A DNA stretch of 30,722 nucleotides from UHGV virus genome UHGV-0024034. One strand, written 5' to 3'. A model generated the notes under the pieces. The model saw nothing but the letters and a program-made list of their open reading frames with translations. It was not told the DNA's origin and ran no database searches. This document shows, in pieces, positions 1 through 7,773 of the stretch; position 1 is the stretch's first letter; every line of letters starts with the position of its first letter. Made by a program: the position numbers and the translations under genes. Source of the stretch: a virus.

Positions 1-2
1 GA

Positions 3-32
3 TAAAAAAGGGCCAGCCAATTGGCCAGCCCT
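3..32 (-). terminator. Rho-independent terminator, probably the original host rplS terminator now separated from the gene by the prophage
   Basis: On the minus strand: 10-bp stem (8 Watson-Crick plus 2 G-U), 4-nt loop AAUU, followed by a run of six U (plus-strand A-run at 4..9). Confidence 0.55.
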
Positions 33-63
33 TCTTAACAGGATGTCGCTTAAGCGAAATCTT

Positions 64-76
64 AGTTAAGACGCTC
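64..76. repeat. attL core, 13-bp direct repeat AGTTAAGACGCTC
   Basis: Identical 13-mer at 30647..30659. Its reverse complement encodes ...ERLN plus a TAA stop, the same C-terminal residues as the host gene at attR. Confidence 0.75.
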
Positions 77-157
77 CTATTAACACCCCACAGCGAACAA
101 ACACTTACCATATAAAACAACTAGTTAAAGTAATTTTTAATGCAGTGAATTGCAGTG

Positions 158-1207
158 TTATGCAACCTCTGCCGCCACATTGTCGCCAACATACAGCGAT
201 AACGGATTGAGGGTTACAGCTTGTTCAAGGTGGTCAGGAGCAAAGTGCGCATACTTCATTGTTTCTCGAATATTGGCATGTCCGAGAATTTTCTGCAGCA
301 CCAGTATATTCCCTCCGTTCATCATAAAATGCGCACCAAAAGTATGACGCAAAACGTGCGTCTTCTGCCCTTCCGTCAATTCAATATTCGTTAGTTTGAG
401 CATCTTTTTAAACTCCTGATAGCAGGGTTTAAACATTCTGCCTTGACGTACGGACAACTCGTCGTACAGCCATTTAGGAATAGGAACTGTGCGATTCTTC
501 TTACCTTTGGTTTTGGTGAACGTTAGTTTATATGGAGAAAGTTGAGGTCGGGTCAATCTCTCCGCTTCCCCCCATCGAGCGCCGGTTGCAAGGCACACCT
601 TAACAATCATGGTGAGGTCTTCTTTGCCGTATTGCTCGCAGGCTCGAAACAGCTCCGGGAGCTGAGACAAAGTTAGCCAGGACATTTCTTTCTCAGCTTC
701 TTTGAATACTCGGATCCCATCAAGTGGATTGGGTAGGCTCCACTCCCCTAACCGGCGGAGCTCATTAAACACTGCTTCTAGGTATTGTTGTTCGCGATTG
801 ACGGTTATAGGTTTGGCGATCCATTTCGAGGGGTCTTTATGATAACCATTGTCTATTTCACCACGTAATCGACGGTCACGATAATGAGCCCAGTCTTTCG
901 CGGTAAGGCGAGATGCAATCGGGTCGCCAAGTCCATTACATACGATTTGAAGCTTTGCAAATCTCGACTTACTGGCGACTAACGCTTGACCGTGCAAATT
1001 GTGCCAAAGCTGAATAATCTCGCTTAAGCGTCGGCGGTCTTCTTTCTTGCCGAGCCACGGCTTATCTTCACTCTCGCTTTTGGTAAATGCTTCAAATGCC
1101 TCGGCCTCACCTTTGGTATTGAACTGCCGACGTATACGCCGCCCTTCTCGACCATTTGGATAGAGTTCACACAACCATTTTCCACTTTTTTGTTTACTTA
1201 CAGTCAT
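158..1207 (-). CDS. int: Tyrosine integrase, P2 Int-like
   Basis: 349-aa ORF; N-terminal GRxGxRIRRxF and C-terminal HxLRHTFxxHFMMNGG...YAHFAP motifs typical of the P2 integrase family; adjacent to attL. Confidence 0.95.
   Translation of the reverse strand: MTVSKQKSGKWLCELYPNGREGRRIRRQFNTKGEAEAFEAFTKSESEDKPWLGKKEDRRRLSEIIQLWHNLHGQALVASKSRFAKLQIVCNGLGDPIASRLTAKDWAHYRDRRLRGEIDNGYHKDPSKWIAKPITVNREQQYLEAVFNELRRLGEWSLPNPLDGIRVFKEAEKEMSWLTLSQLPELFRACEQYGKEDLTMIVKVCLATGARWGEAERLTRPQLSPYKLTFTKTKGKKNRTVPIPKWLYDELSVRQGRMFKPCYQEFKKMLKLTNIELTEGQKTHVLRHTFGAHFMMNGGNILVLQKILGHANIRETMKYAHFAPDHLEQAVTLNPLSLYVGDNVAAEVA
163..190. repeat. attP arm repeat (candidate integrase arm-type site), copy 1
   Basis: CAACCTCTGCCGCCACATTGTCGCCAAC, about 24/28 identical to 30542..30569 in the same orientation; overlaps the int 3' end. 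Confidence 0.4.
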
Positions 1208-1231
1208 TGCGATACCGAGGCTAAAAGAAAA

Positions 1232-1570
1232 TTAATTACAAAGGGCTGTAGCGGCATCAATCACCGGTGAAATTGAAATTTTAACGCCGTCATACTCAGG
1301 GTCATCCTTCCATACGTCATCTAAGTTAGACCCCTCCAGCTTTCCTGATTTAACAGCATCTACCGCCATGCCATTCAGAGGATATCTATCATCAGTTTTG
1401 ATGTCATACACAAAAGCATAAGCACGGTTAACACATGATACCTTTGCCTTTTCAAAGGTTAGAGGCCACTTGTCACCATATGCAGCGCCGTCTATCTCTT
1501 TAAACTTCTCAGCGGCTATGGCTGAGGAAGAAAGTGCAATGCAGACTATCGCAAATATAAACTTTTTCAT
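1232..1570 (-). CDS. Small secreted protein (signal peptide, two Cys), accessory gene downstream of cI
   Basis: 112 aa; N-terminus MKKFIFAIVCIALSSSAIA is a typical Sec signal peptide; GGAG Shine-Dalgarno 5 nt before the ATG, only 9 bp after the cI stop; locally AT-richer than the structural genes. Confidence 0.6.
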   Translation of the reverse strand: MKKFIFAIVCIALSSSAIAAEKFKEIDGAAYGDKWPLTFEKAKVSCVNRAYAFVYDIKTDDRYPLNGMAVDAVKSGKLEGSNLDDVWKDDPEYDGVKISISPVIDAATALCN

Positions 1571-1579
1571 TACTGCTCC

Positions 1580-2425
1580 TTAAACATGCTTTTCCAAAGT
1601 AAAAATAACCGCACCTGATGGTGTGATATCTGAAATATTACATTCAAACTCAGCAGACTTATTTGATAACCTGACCTTTCCGCCTGGCAACCTGATTACG
1701 TCAAAAACATCGAGTGCGCCATCAATACCAATAAGCCAGCGACCATTTCCTATCTTCGAGTTAGAACTATCAACAAGCCAAGATGTGCTCACACCATCAA
1801 TAAACACTAAATCATCAGTATTTGATGGAACCATAGATATATCAGGAGTCCAGCGTCCGATATCTTTGAGTTCGCCAGCCTCGAGGCGGCACTTTCTAAT
1901 CGTTAAAGCATTTGCCGGTTCACCATCATTACTGTTACGCATCTGGCCTTTTCCGGTTGATAACCATTCTAACGATACGCCAGTATCAAGGGCGCAAGTG
2001 ACAACCACGTCACCGGGGAAAAAATCGCGTCTAACCCAAGTGCTTATAGTGCCGGAAGATATACCTAATAAATCTCCAAGCTCTTTTTGCAGAGTAAAAC
2101 CATACGCATCGAGAATCCGACGCAGAACCGCCCTCCCTCCATTTGCCATGATTTCATCATAGAGTTGCTTACCTTTAAGCTTAGTTTTCACCACTTCAAA
2201 TCTTGCATTTGCAAGCTCACCATTAATTAGCCATCGCAGGTCAGCTCCAGTATCAAGAGCACACTCAACGAAAACGTTGCTAGGGATTACGTTTCTAGCA
2301 AGCCAGCTACTCACGTTGTTTGCATGTATGCCAAGCCTTTCGGCTAGTTCCTTTTGCTGCTTAAAGCCGTATGCAGAAAGGACACGTTCCAATGCGGCAG
2401 ACGCATTAACATCATTTTTAGACAT
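1580..2425 (-). CDS. cI: CI-type immunity repressor (186 CI-like) with tandemly duplicated N-terminal HTH domain
   Basis: Two internal repeats (..VLSAYGFKQQKELAERLGIHANNVSSWLARNVIPSNVFVECALDTGADLRWL.. and ..ILDAYGFTLQKELGDLLGISSGTISTWVRRDFFPGDVVVTCALDTGVSLEWL..) resembling the 186 CI HTH domain, plus a C-terminal domain. Start taken at Met-64 of the ORF-track frame, because the upstream part of the ORF runs through the promoter region. Confidence 0.8.
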   Translation of the reverse strand: MSKNDVNASAALERVLSAYGFKQQKELAERLGIHANNVSSWLARNVIPSNVFVECALDTGADLRWLINGELANARFEVVKTKLKGKQLYDEIMANGGRAVLRRILDAYGFTLQKELGDLLGISSGTISTWVRRDFFPGDVVVTCALDTGVSLEWLSTGKGQMRNSNDGEPANALTIRKCRLEAGELKDIGRWTPDISMVPSNTDDLVFIDGVSTSWLVDSSNSKIGNGRWLIGIDGALDVFDVIRLPGGKVRLSNKSAEFECNISDITPSGAVIFTLEKHV

Positions 2426-2446
2426 ATGACACCAACAAGAATTTTG

Positions 2447-2475
2447 TTTACAACCAAAATTTAGCGATCTATATT
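2447..2475 (+). promoter_or_regulatory. Putative rightward early (lytic) promoter pR: -35 TTTACA (2447..2452), 17-bp spacer, -10 TATATT (2470..2475)
   Basis: Sigma70-like hexamers with canonical spacing in the cI-apl switch region; CI operators and the leftward cI promoter not resolved. Confidence 0.4.
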
Positions 2476-2538
2476 GGTGCTCACCGACCAAGATGCACAC
2501 CACTGCACTACATTTCAAACAACAGGAGATAATGCGAT

Positions 2539-2910
2539 ATGTCAGATGCAAAATCAATCTCGACGCACGACTCGCAAAACTCACAAAATCAAACTGTGCT
2601 GCTAGACCCAACACAGTTTGATGCCATCGTTACCGCCATGCTGCCAGCTCTACAGACAATGATTCGCTCCGCTATGTCAGACACGATGACTGTGAAAGAC
2701 TTCGCCGCTACTCGCGGTGTTAGCGAGCGTCTGGTCTGGCAATGGCTCGATGAGGGAGTCCTTCTCAAAGCTCCGACCAAAGACTTTTCCAACAAAGAGG
2801 AAGCTGCTAAACGAAGCCGAACCCTCGTAAATGTAAAAGCATGGCGCGATAAGCTGACTCAACAAGCGATTGATTGTCGCTACATCGACCAGCGCACCGC
2901 TCTTAACTGA
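2539..2910 (+). CDS. Apl/Cox-like excisionase and transcriptional regulator
   Basis: First rightward gene after the switch region; HTH-like segment TVKDFAATRGVSERLVWQWLDEGVL; AGGAG RBS about 10 nt upstream. Longer than 186 Apl, so the true start may be an internal Met. Confidence 0.55.
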   Translation: MSDAKSISTHDSQNSQNQTVLLDPTQFDAIVTAMLPALQTMIRSAMSDTMTVKDFAATRGVSERLVWQWLDEGVLLKAPTKDFSNKEEAAKRSRTLVNVKAWRDKLTQQAIDCRYIDQRTALN

Positions 2911-2942
2911 ATTTGATTATGCAAGTTAGAGGGAATTTAACC

Positions 2943-3452
2943 ATGTTTGATTTTCAGGTTTCCAAACATCCCCACTATGACGAAGCATGCCGCATTTTCG
3001 CACAGCGTCACAACATGGCGAAGCTGGCCGAGCGTGCAGGTATGAACGTTCAAACGTTACGTAACAAGCTCAACCCGGAACAGCCTCACCAGTTCACGCC
3101 GCCTGAATTGTGGCTGCTGACTGACCTGACCGAAGACTCAACCCTCATTGATGGTTTTTTAGCGCAGATTCACTGCCTACCATGCGTGCCGGTTAATGAG
3201 TTGGCTAAAGACAAATTGCAGTCTTATGTCATGCGCGCGATGCGTGAACTCGGCGAACTGGCGAGCGGCGCGGTATCTGATGAACGTCTGACCACTGCCC
3301 GTAAGCACAACATGATTGAAAGCGTTAACTCCGGCATTCGCATGTTGTCATTGTCGGCTCTGGCGCTGCATGCACGTCTGCAGACTAATCCAGCTATGTC
3401 GAGCGTGGTCGATACCATGAGCGGTATTGGCGCATCGTTTGGTCTGATTTGA
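2943..3452 (+). CDS. cII: CII-like lysogeny establishment regulator
   Basis: 169 aa from MFDFQVSKHPHYDEACRIF...; matches my memory of 186 CII in sequence and length; GAGGG RBS. The ORF-track start at 2913 is probably an overextension. Confidence 0.8.
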   Translation: MFDFQVSKHPHYDEACRIFAQRHNMAKLAERAGMNVQTLRNKLNPEQPHQFTPPELWLLTDLTEDSTLIDGFLAQIHCLPCVPVNELAKDKLQSYVMRAMRELGELASGAVSDERLTTARKHNMIESVNSGIRMLSLSALALHARLQTNPAMSSVVDTMSGIGASFGLI

Positions 3453-3453
3453 G

Positions 3454-3660
3454 GTGCGTATGCTGAAAAGTGAACCGTCATTCGCATCGCTGCTCGTTAA
3501 GCAAAGCCCCGGCATGCACTACGGCCACGGCTGGATCGCAGGTAAGGACGGCAAGCGCTGGCACCCGAGCCACTCGCAGGCTGATTTACTGGCTGGCCTC
3601 TCTACTCAAAAGCGGGGGGGATCATGGCTATCGAAGCTGTTTCCGCGACTGTTCCGCTAA
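3454..3660 (+). CDS. Hypothetical early protein (position of 186 fil/dhr-type genes)
   Basis: 68-aa ORF starting 2 nt after the cII stop with a GGTG RBS; no recognisable motif. Confidence 0.4.
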   Translation: MRMLKSEPSFASLLVKQSPGMHYGHGWIAGKDGKRWHPSHSQADLLAGLSTQKRGGSWLSKLFPRLFR

Positions 3661-3962
3661 AAGCGGGTGAACGTCTGGCCGGTCTCAATCATGTTGCCGA
3701 ATTGCGCGCGAGATATTGGGGCGATAGCTGGAAAGAGGTTGAACGTTTTGTCGATGATATGCGCGATAAACGTGACCCACAATTTGAAGAAAATAATCGG
3801 GCGCTGGCCGCTATTTTCTTTCTGGCAAAAATACCGGCGGCTCGTCATGAACTCGAATTAAGTGAGCTGACTACTGACGAGAAAAAGGCGCTTATTACAG
3901 CGATGAATCATTTTCGTGCAGTAGTGAGCTTATTTCCCAAACGGCTAACCATGCCGAATTAA
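3624..3962 (+). CDS. Hypothetical early protein
   Basis: 112-aa ORF; G-rich RBS before the ATG; overlaps the previous ORF by 37 nt. Confidence 0.45.
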   Translation: MAIEAVSATVPLKAGERLAGLNHVAELRARYWGDSWKEVERFVDDMRDKRDPQFEENNRALAAIFFLAKIPAARHELELSELTTDEKKALITAMNHFRAVVSLFPKRLTMPN

Positions 3963-4029
3963 TCCAAACAGAAATTTAATGGCGTAAACCCGCCGGGCAT
4001 CTTATTGCCCGAAAGCAGGAGAGTTAATT

Positions 4030-4257
4030 ATGCGTAATACCGAAATCCGTAGTTTTAACACTGATAGCGATGCGCTGGCCGTATTGCTGACCGATGCAAA
4101 AAAAGAAGAGCGTAAAGACCGCGCGCTCGCTGTTTCCATCCGCCTTGAGGCGCTGGCTATTCATATTACCAGAGAGGGTATGAGCGGCACCGAAGCTGCC
4201 GAACTGCTGCGCCGTGAAGCAACCCGCTTTGAGAATGAATCACAGGAGCTGCACTAA
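4030..4257 (+). CDS. Hypothetical early protein
   Basis: 75-aa ORF with AGGAG RBS; its stop overlaps the start of the next gene. Confidence 0.5.
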   Translation: MRNTEIRSFNTDSDALAVLLTDAKKEERKDRALAVSIRLEALAIHITREGMSGTEAAELLRREATRFENESQELH

Positions 4258-4478
4258 TGGCCGACGCAATGGATTTAGCACAACTGCGCGAGCAGGAAGA
4301 CCGCGAACGCCACATCAGCAACGCACGCACCCGTATCGCTGCACCTTCCCGTTTTCTTTGCGAGGAATGTGACACACCAATCCCGGAAGCTCGCCGCATT
4401 GCGATTCCGGGCGTGGCTTTTTGCGTAACCTGCCAGCAAATAGCAGAGCTAAAAAACAAACACTATCGGGGGGTATAA
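4257..4478 (+). CDS. TraR/DksA-family C4 zinc-finger protein
   Basis: 73 aa with CxxC-(17)-CxxC (CEECDTPIPEARRIAIPGVAFCVTC), the pattern found just upstream of gene A in P2-like phages. Confidence 0.7.
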   Translation: MADAMDLAQLREQEDRERHISNARTRIAAPSRFLCEECDTPIPEARRIAIPGVAFCVTCQQIAELKNKHYRGV

Positions 4479-4479
4479 A

Positions 4480-6702
4480 TTGGCTGTTCAATTCGCTTAT
4501 CCGTGGAACGTCCCACGGTCGGCAATCTCCAGCCCATACCTTACTTATGAGCAACAGCATCGCCGCGACCGTATGTTCGCGGCTTTGCTGCATGCAAAAA
4601 AGGTGCTTTCTCTCCAGCCCGACTGCGTGCGGTTAGATGTTTATCGCACTGCTGCGGTGCTGGAGCAAAATCAGGGTAGTCAACGAGCCAATGCATTTTT
4701 AATCAGCTTCTGCAAAAAGGCATTGCCGCGTCTTGAACTGGTCGCAAAAAAATACGAATGCGCTGGTATCAACAGCAAGGTATCAACCGCTGTTTTTGGA
4801 AGTCATTTTGATACTCAGCAAATGCAATATCTGTCGTCACGCATGGTTAATATGGTCGCCCAATATAACCGTCTCCCGGACATGTCGCGCGCTGATGTTG
4901 ACCTGTTGGCCGCTGATATTGCTAATTTCATTCGTGGTGAACTTGCCAACATTAATGACCACGGATTCGGCGAGCTTAAAACGCTGTACACCTGGTATAT
5001 TCGTGCTGGCTTTATTTCCCTCCAATTCAACGTTATCCCACCACATTGGGAGCGGGTTGAAAAAAAATATGTCGGTGCGGATGAAATCGCACCGGCTATC
5101 GCCAAAATGTTTAACGATGGGTGGTGGCGCGGTCGTTTGCGCCGTGTTGCAGCTACGTGGCGCGAACACCTGCAAATTGCAGTCGGCAACGTCAGTAAGA
5201 AAAAAAACACTTACGCGAGTAAAAACTGCGTGACTGACTGGCGTGAACAAAAGCGCCGCACTCGTGAATTTCTCAAAGGTCTGGATCTCGAAGACGAAGA
5301 CGGCAACCGTATCAGCCTAATTGAAAAATATGATGGCTCAGTTGCTAACCCTGCGATTCGCCGCTGTGAGCTCATGACCCGCATTCGTGGGTTTGAAAAC
5401 ATCTGTAATGAGCTCGGTTATGTCGGTGAGTTTTACACTCTAACCGCGCCGTCAAAATATCACGCCACGACTAAAGCCGGTTACCGTAACAGCAAATGGA
5501 GCGGTGCCAGCCCGGCTGACACGCAAAACTATCTAACCGGTATCTGGGCGCGTATCCGTGCCAAACTACATCGGGAAGATGTCCGTATTTTCGGTATTCG
5601 TGTCGCCGAGCCCCATCACGACGGCACTCCACACTGGCACATGCTGATGTTCATGCTGCCGGAAGATGTTGAATATGTTCGCTCCATCGTCCGTAAATAC
5701 GCATGGAAAGAAGACCGCCACGAACTGAAAAGCGATAAATCCAAAAAAGCACGTTTCCACGCCGAGTCCATTGACCCGGAGAAAGGCAGCGCAACCGGCT
5801 ATGTTGCTAAATACATTTCAAAAAATATCGACGGTTATGCTCTCGATGGTGAAACCGATGATGAAAGCGGTGAGCTGCTGAAAGAGACAGCCCCCGCCGT
5901 TTCAGCATGGGCTGCGCGCTGGCACATCCGTCAGTTTCAGTTTATTGGTGGTGCGCCGGTGACGGTTTACCGTGAGTTGCGTCGCCTCGCTGATACCGAA
6001 ACCGCGCACGGTCTGAGCGTTGAGTTTGCCGCCGTCCATGATGCCGCCGACGCTGGTGACTGGGCTGGTTATGTTAATGCTCAGGGTGGGCCGTTTGTCC
6101 GTCGCGATGATTTACAGGTGCGCACACTGTATGAACCGCGCACCGAGCTTAATCAGTACGGTGAGGAAACGGTATGTATTAAGGGGGTCTACGATTCCTC
6201 CATAGGTGCAGGAAGCCCGATTTTAACCCGGCTCACTCAGTGGAAGATTGTTCCGAAGCGTGCTGTTGATTTGGCCGTTGACCTTCAGGACGGCAAAGCC
6301 GTCCCTCGGAGTTCTGTCAATAACTGTACGGGAAGCGAAAGCGATCCACCGATACTGGATTTAACAAAACCACTGAGTCGGCGTGAAAGACGAGAATTGA
6401 CCAACCGACTCAGGAAGCAAAAGCCAGCAGCACGGCGAAAATTCATCCACGGAACGGATGAGCAAAACGCAGCTATAGCTAAAACTATCGATGAGATACA
6501 TCTGACAACCGGCATTAATATCAGCCGGGGCGAAGCCCTGCACCTGATGGCCGGTGGTAAAAGTTGTTTTGATGGTAAATGGCTACGCGGAACGGCCAAA
6601 GGAGAAATATTTTCCGCAGCACCATCGCATGAGGCTAAAGCTCGGAAAATCCTTAATCGTGTTGCGGCGATGGCTGAAGCATCAAAACCAATACATGAGT
6701 AA
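4480..6702 (+). CDS. A: Replication initiation endonuclease gpA (rolling-circle initiator)
   Basis: 740 aa; conserved EPHHDGTPHWHMLMF and GYVAKYISKNIDGYALDG motifs; N-terminus aligns with P2 gpA; apparent TTG start with a G-rich RBS. Confidence 0.95.
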   Translation: MAVQFAYPWNVPRSAISSPYLTYEQQHRRDRMFAALLHAKKVLSLQPDCVRLDVYRTAAVLEQNQGSQRANAFLISFCKKALPRLELVAKKYECAGINSKVSTAVFGSHFDTQQMQYLSSRMVNMVAQYNRLPDMSRADVDLLAADIANFIRGELANINDHGFGELKTLYTWYIRAGFISLQFNVIPPHWERVEKKYVGADEIAPAIAKMFNDGWWRGRLRRVAATWREHLQIAVGNVSKKKNTYASKNCVTDWREQKRRTREFLKGLDLEDEDGNRISLIEKYDGSVANPAIRRCELMTRIRGFENICNELGYVGEFYTLTAPSKYHATTKAGYRNSKWSGASPADTQNYLTGIWARIRAKLHREDVRIFGIRVAEPHHDGTPHWHMLMFMLPEDVEYVRSIVRKYAWKEDRHELKSDKSKKARFHAESIDPEKGSATGYVAKYISKNIDGYALDGETDDESGELLKETAPAVSAWAARWHIRQFQFIGGAPVTVYRELRRLADTETAHGLSVEFAAVHDAADAGDWAGYVNAQGGPFVRRDDLQVRTLYEPRTELNQYGEETVCIKGVYDSSIGAGSPILTRLTQWKIVPKRAVDLAVDLQDGKAVPRSSVNNCTGSESDPPILDLTKPLSRRERRELTNRLRKQKPAARRKFIHGTDEQNAAIAKTIDEIHLTTGINISRGEALHLMAGGKSCFDGKWLRGTAKGEIFSAAPSHEAKARKILNRVAAMAEASKPIHE

Positions 6703-6776
6703 TTCATATCCATATCATGCACATACAGCAATCGCTCTATTCGTTTTTTTTCTTCCCATCTTTTGCCAATACGTGC

Positions 6777-6796
6777 TACTGTATAAATATACAGTA
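6777..6796. promoter_or_regulatory. LexA box (SOS operator) TACTGTATAAATATACAGTA
   Basis: Perfect CTGT-N8-ACAG palindrome with an AT-rich core; -35-like TTGCCA at 6763..6768; about 20 bp upstream of the ORF at 6816. Confidence 0.8.
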
Positions 6797-6815
6797 ACCC
6801 TGTGGGAGGGATTTC

Positions 6816-6998
6816 ATGGTTGGCGAACATTTCAGCCGAACGCAGCAAAAGTGGGCTTGTGTGCAATTTATTGCCGAGGTATCTCTGATTGCAAACTGCA
6901 AGCCATCAGACTTAAAGCTCGCGCTCACTCTCATTGCAGACCTAGCAAACAGCGAAAATAACGAAACCGAAGATGATAATTTTTATAAGGCTGATTAG
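6816..6998 (+). CDS. Small protein in LexA-controlled operon; candidate Tum-like antirepressor N-terminal part
   Basis: 60-aa ORF with GGGAGGG RBS directly downstream of the LexA box; function inferred from context only. Confidence 0.45.
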   Translation: MVGEHFSRTQQKWACVQFIAEVSLIANCKPSDLKLALTLIADLANSENNETEDDNFYKAD

Positions 6999-7001
6999 AT
7001 T

Positions 7002-7235
7002 ATGAGAATCAATATCACGTTGGATAAAGAGCAAAAAATTAGTCAGGCAACATTGGATGCACTTGAGGCTGAACTGTACCGCAATCTTCAACCTATTTAC
7101 CCAAAGACTGCTATCCGAATTCGCAAGGGCTCCGCTAATGGCGTTGAACTAAGCGGTTTGAAACTGGACGAAGATAAAAAACGAGTAATGGAAATCATGC
7201 AGCAGGTATGGGAGGACGATAGCTGGCTGCATTAA
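7002..7235 (+). CDS. DinI-family protein
   Basis: 77 aa, MRINITLDK...LDALEAELYRNLQ...EIMQQVWEDDSWLH; same length and pattern as E. coli DinI as I recall it (MRI.V...DAL..EL.R...I.Q..WE..D.W). Confidence 0.75.
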   Translation: MRINITLDKEQKISQATLDALEAELYRNLQPIYPKTAIRIRKGSANGVELSGLKLDEDKKRVMEIMQQVWEDDSWLH

Positions 7236-7237
7236 CA

Positions 7238-7306
7238 AACGCCGCCGGTGCTGAAACTTGCTTTCAGTGCTGGCGGGGTTGAACAACTCGCACCGCGAGG
7301 CGCTAG
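7238..7306 (+). repeat. Hairpin-containing 69-bp repeat, copy 1 (15-bp stem 7242..7256 / 7262..7276)
   Basis: Direct repeat of 7643..7711 with about 9 mismatches; imperfect inverted repeat forms a stem with G-U pairs on the plus-strand RNA only; begins immediately after the stop codon of the DinI-like ORF. Confidence 0.6.
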
Positions 7307-7430
7307 TTCTTCCTCTCAAAGTTTCTCGATGTTTTATTGGTTACACACCAGTGATGAATGGGACGTTACCTTAGCGGGTTTTATAGTGGCGCTGTGGCAG
7401 CGCTAAATAAAATTCATTGAGGGCGATAAT

Positions 7431-7640
7431 ATGCATCGACTACCGGGCGAAATTCCGCAGCACAAAACTAAAAGCATCAAACTGATGGCCATCGTTCATC
7501 GTCTGCAGCAGATAATGGTCAATGAGAATTTGACACCCGCCGAGCTGGTCGGGTGTGCCGAAATAGTCAGGGATAATTACGGCAAGCTGGATAGCATCAG
7601 CAAGCCGACACATTACTCACCGCCACCACGTCGACCATAG
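7431..7640 (+). CDS. Hypothetical protein
   Basis: 69-aa ORF with GAGGG RBS, flanked on both sides by the hairpin repeats. Confidence 0.4.
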   Translation: MHRLPGEIPQHKTKSIKLMAIVHRLQQIMVNENLTPAELVGCAEIVRDNYGKLDSISKPTHYSPPPRRP

Positions 7641-7642
7641 AT

Positions 7643-7711
7643 AACGCCGCCGGAGCTGAAACTCGCTTTCAGGTCTGGCGGGGTTGAACAACGAGCTACG
7701 CGAGGCGTTAG
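7643..7711 (+). repeat. Hairpin-containing 69-bp repeat, copy 2 (stem 7647..7661 / 7667..7681)
   Basis: See copy 1; begins immediately after the stop codon of the ORF at 7431..7640. Confidence 0.6.
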
Positions 7712-7773
7712 CCGGTCATAGCGTCGCAAATACTTCAACCGTCTGCTGGTTAAATAATTCGAGGTTTTTGGAC

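Noticed and set aside
1623-2162. 179-aa plus-strand ORF
   Set aside because: Antisense to the cI repressor gene; Ser/Pro-rich, low-complexity translation.
2426-2614. N-terminal 63 codons of the ORF-track entry 1580..2614
   Set aside because: This extension runs through the cI-apl intergenic switch region and the start of apl; the recognisable repressor domain begins at Met-64, so the CDS start was set to 2425.
6554-6961. 135-aa plus-strand ORF
   Set aside because: Overlaps the 3' end of gene A and runs across the LexA box and promoter; the in-context ORF is 6816..6998 in another frame.
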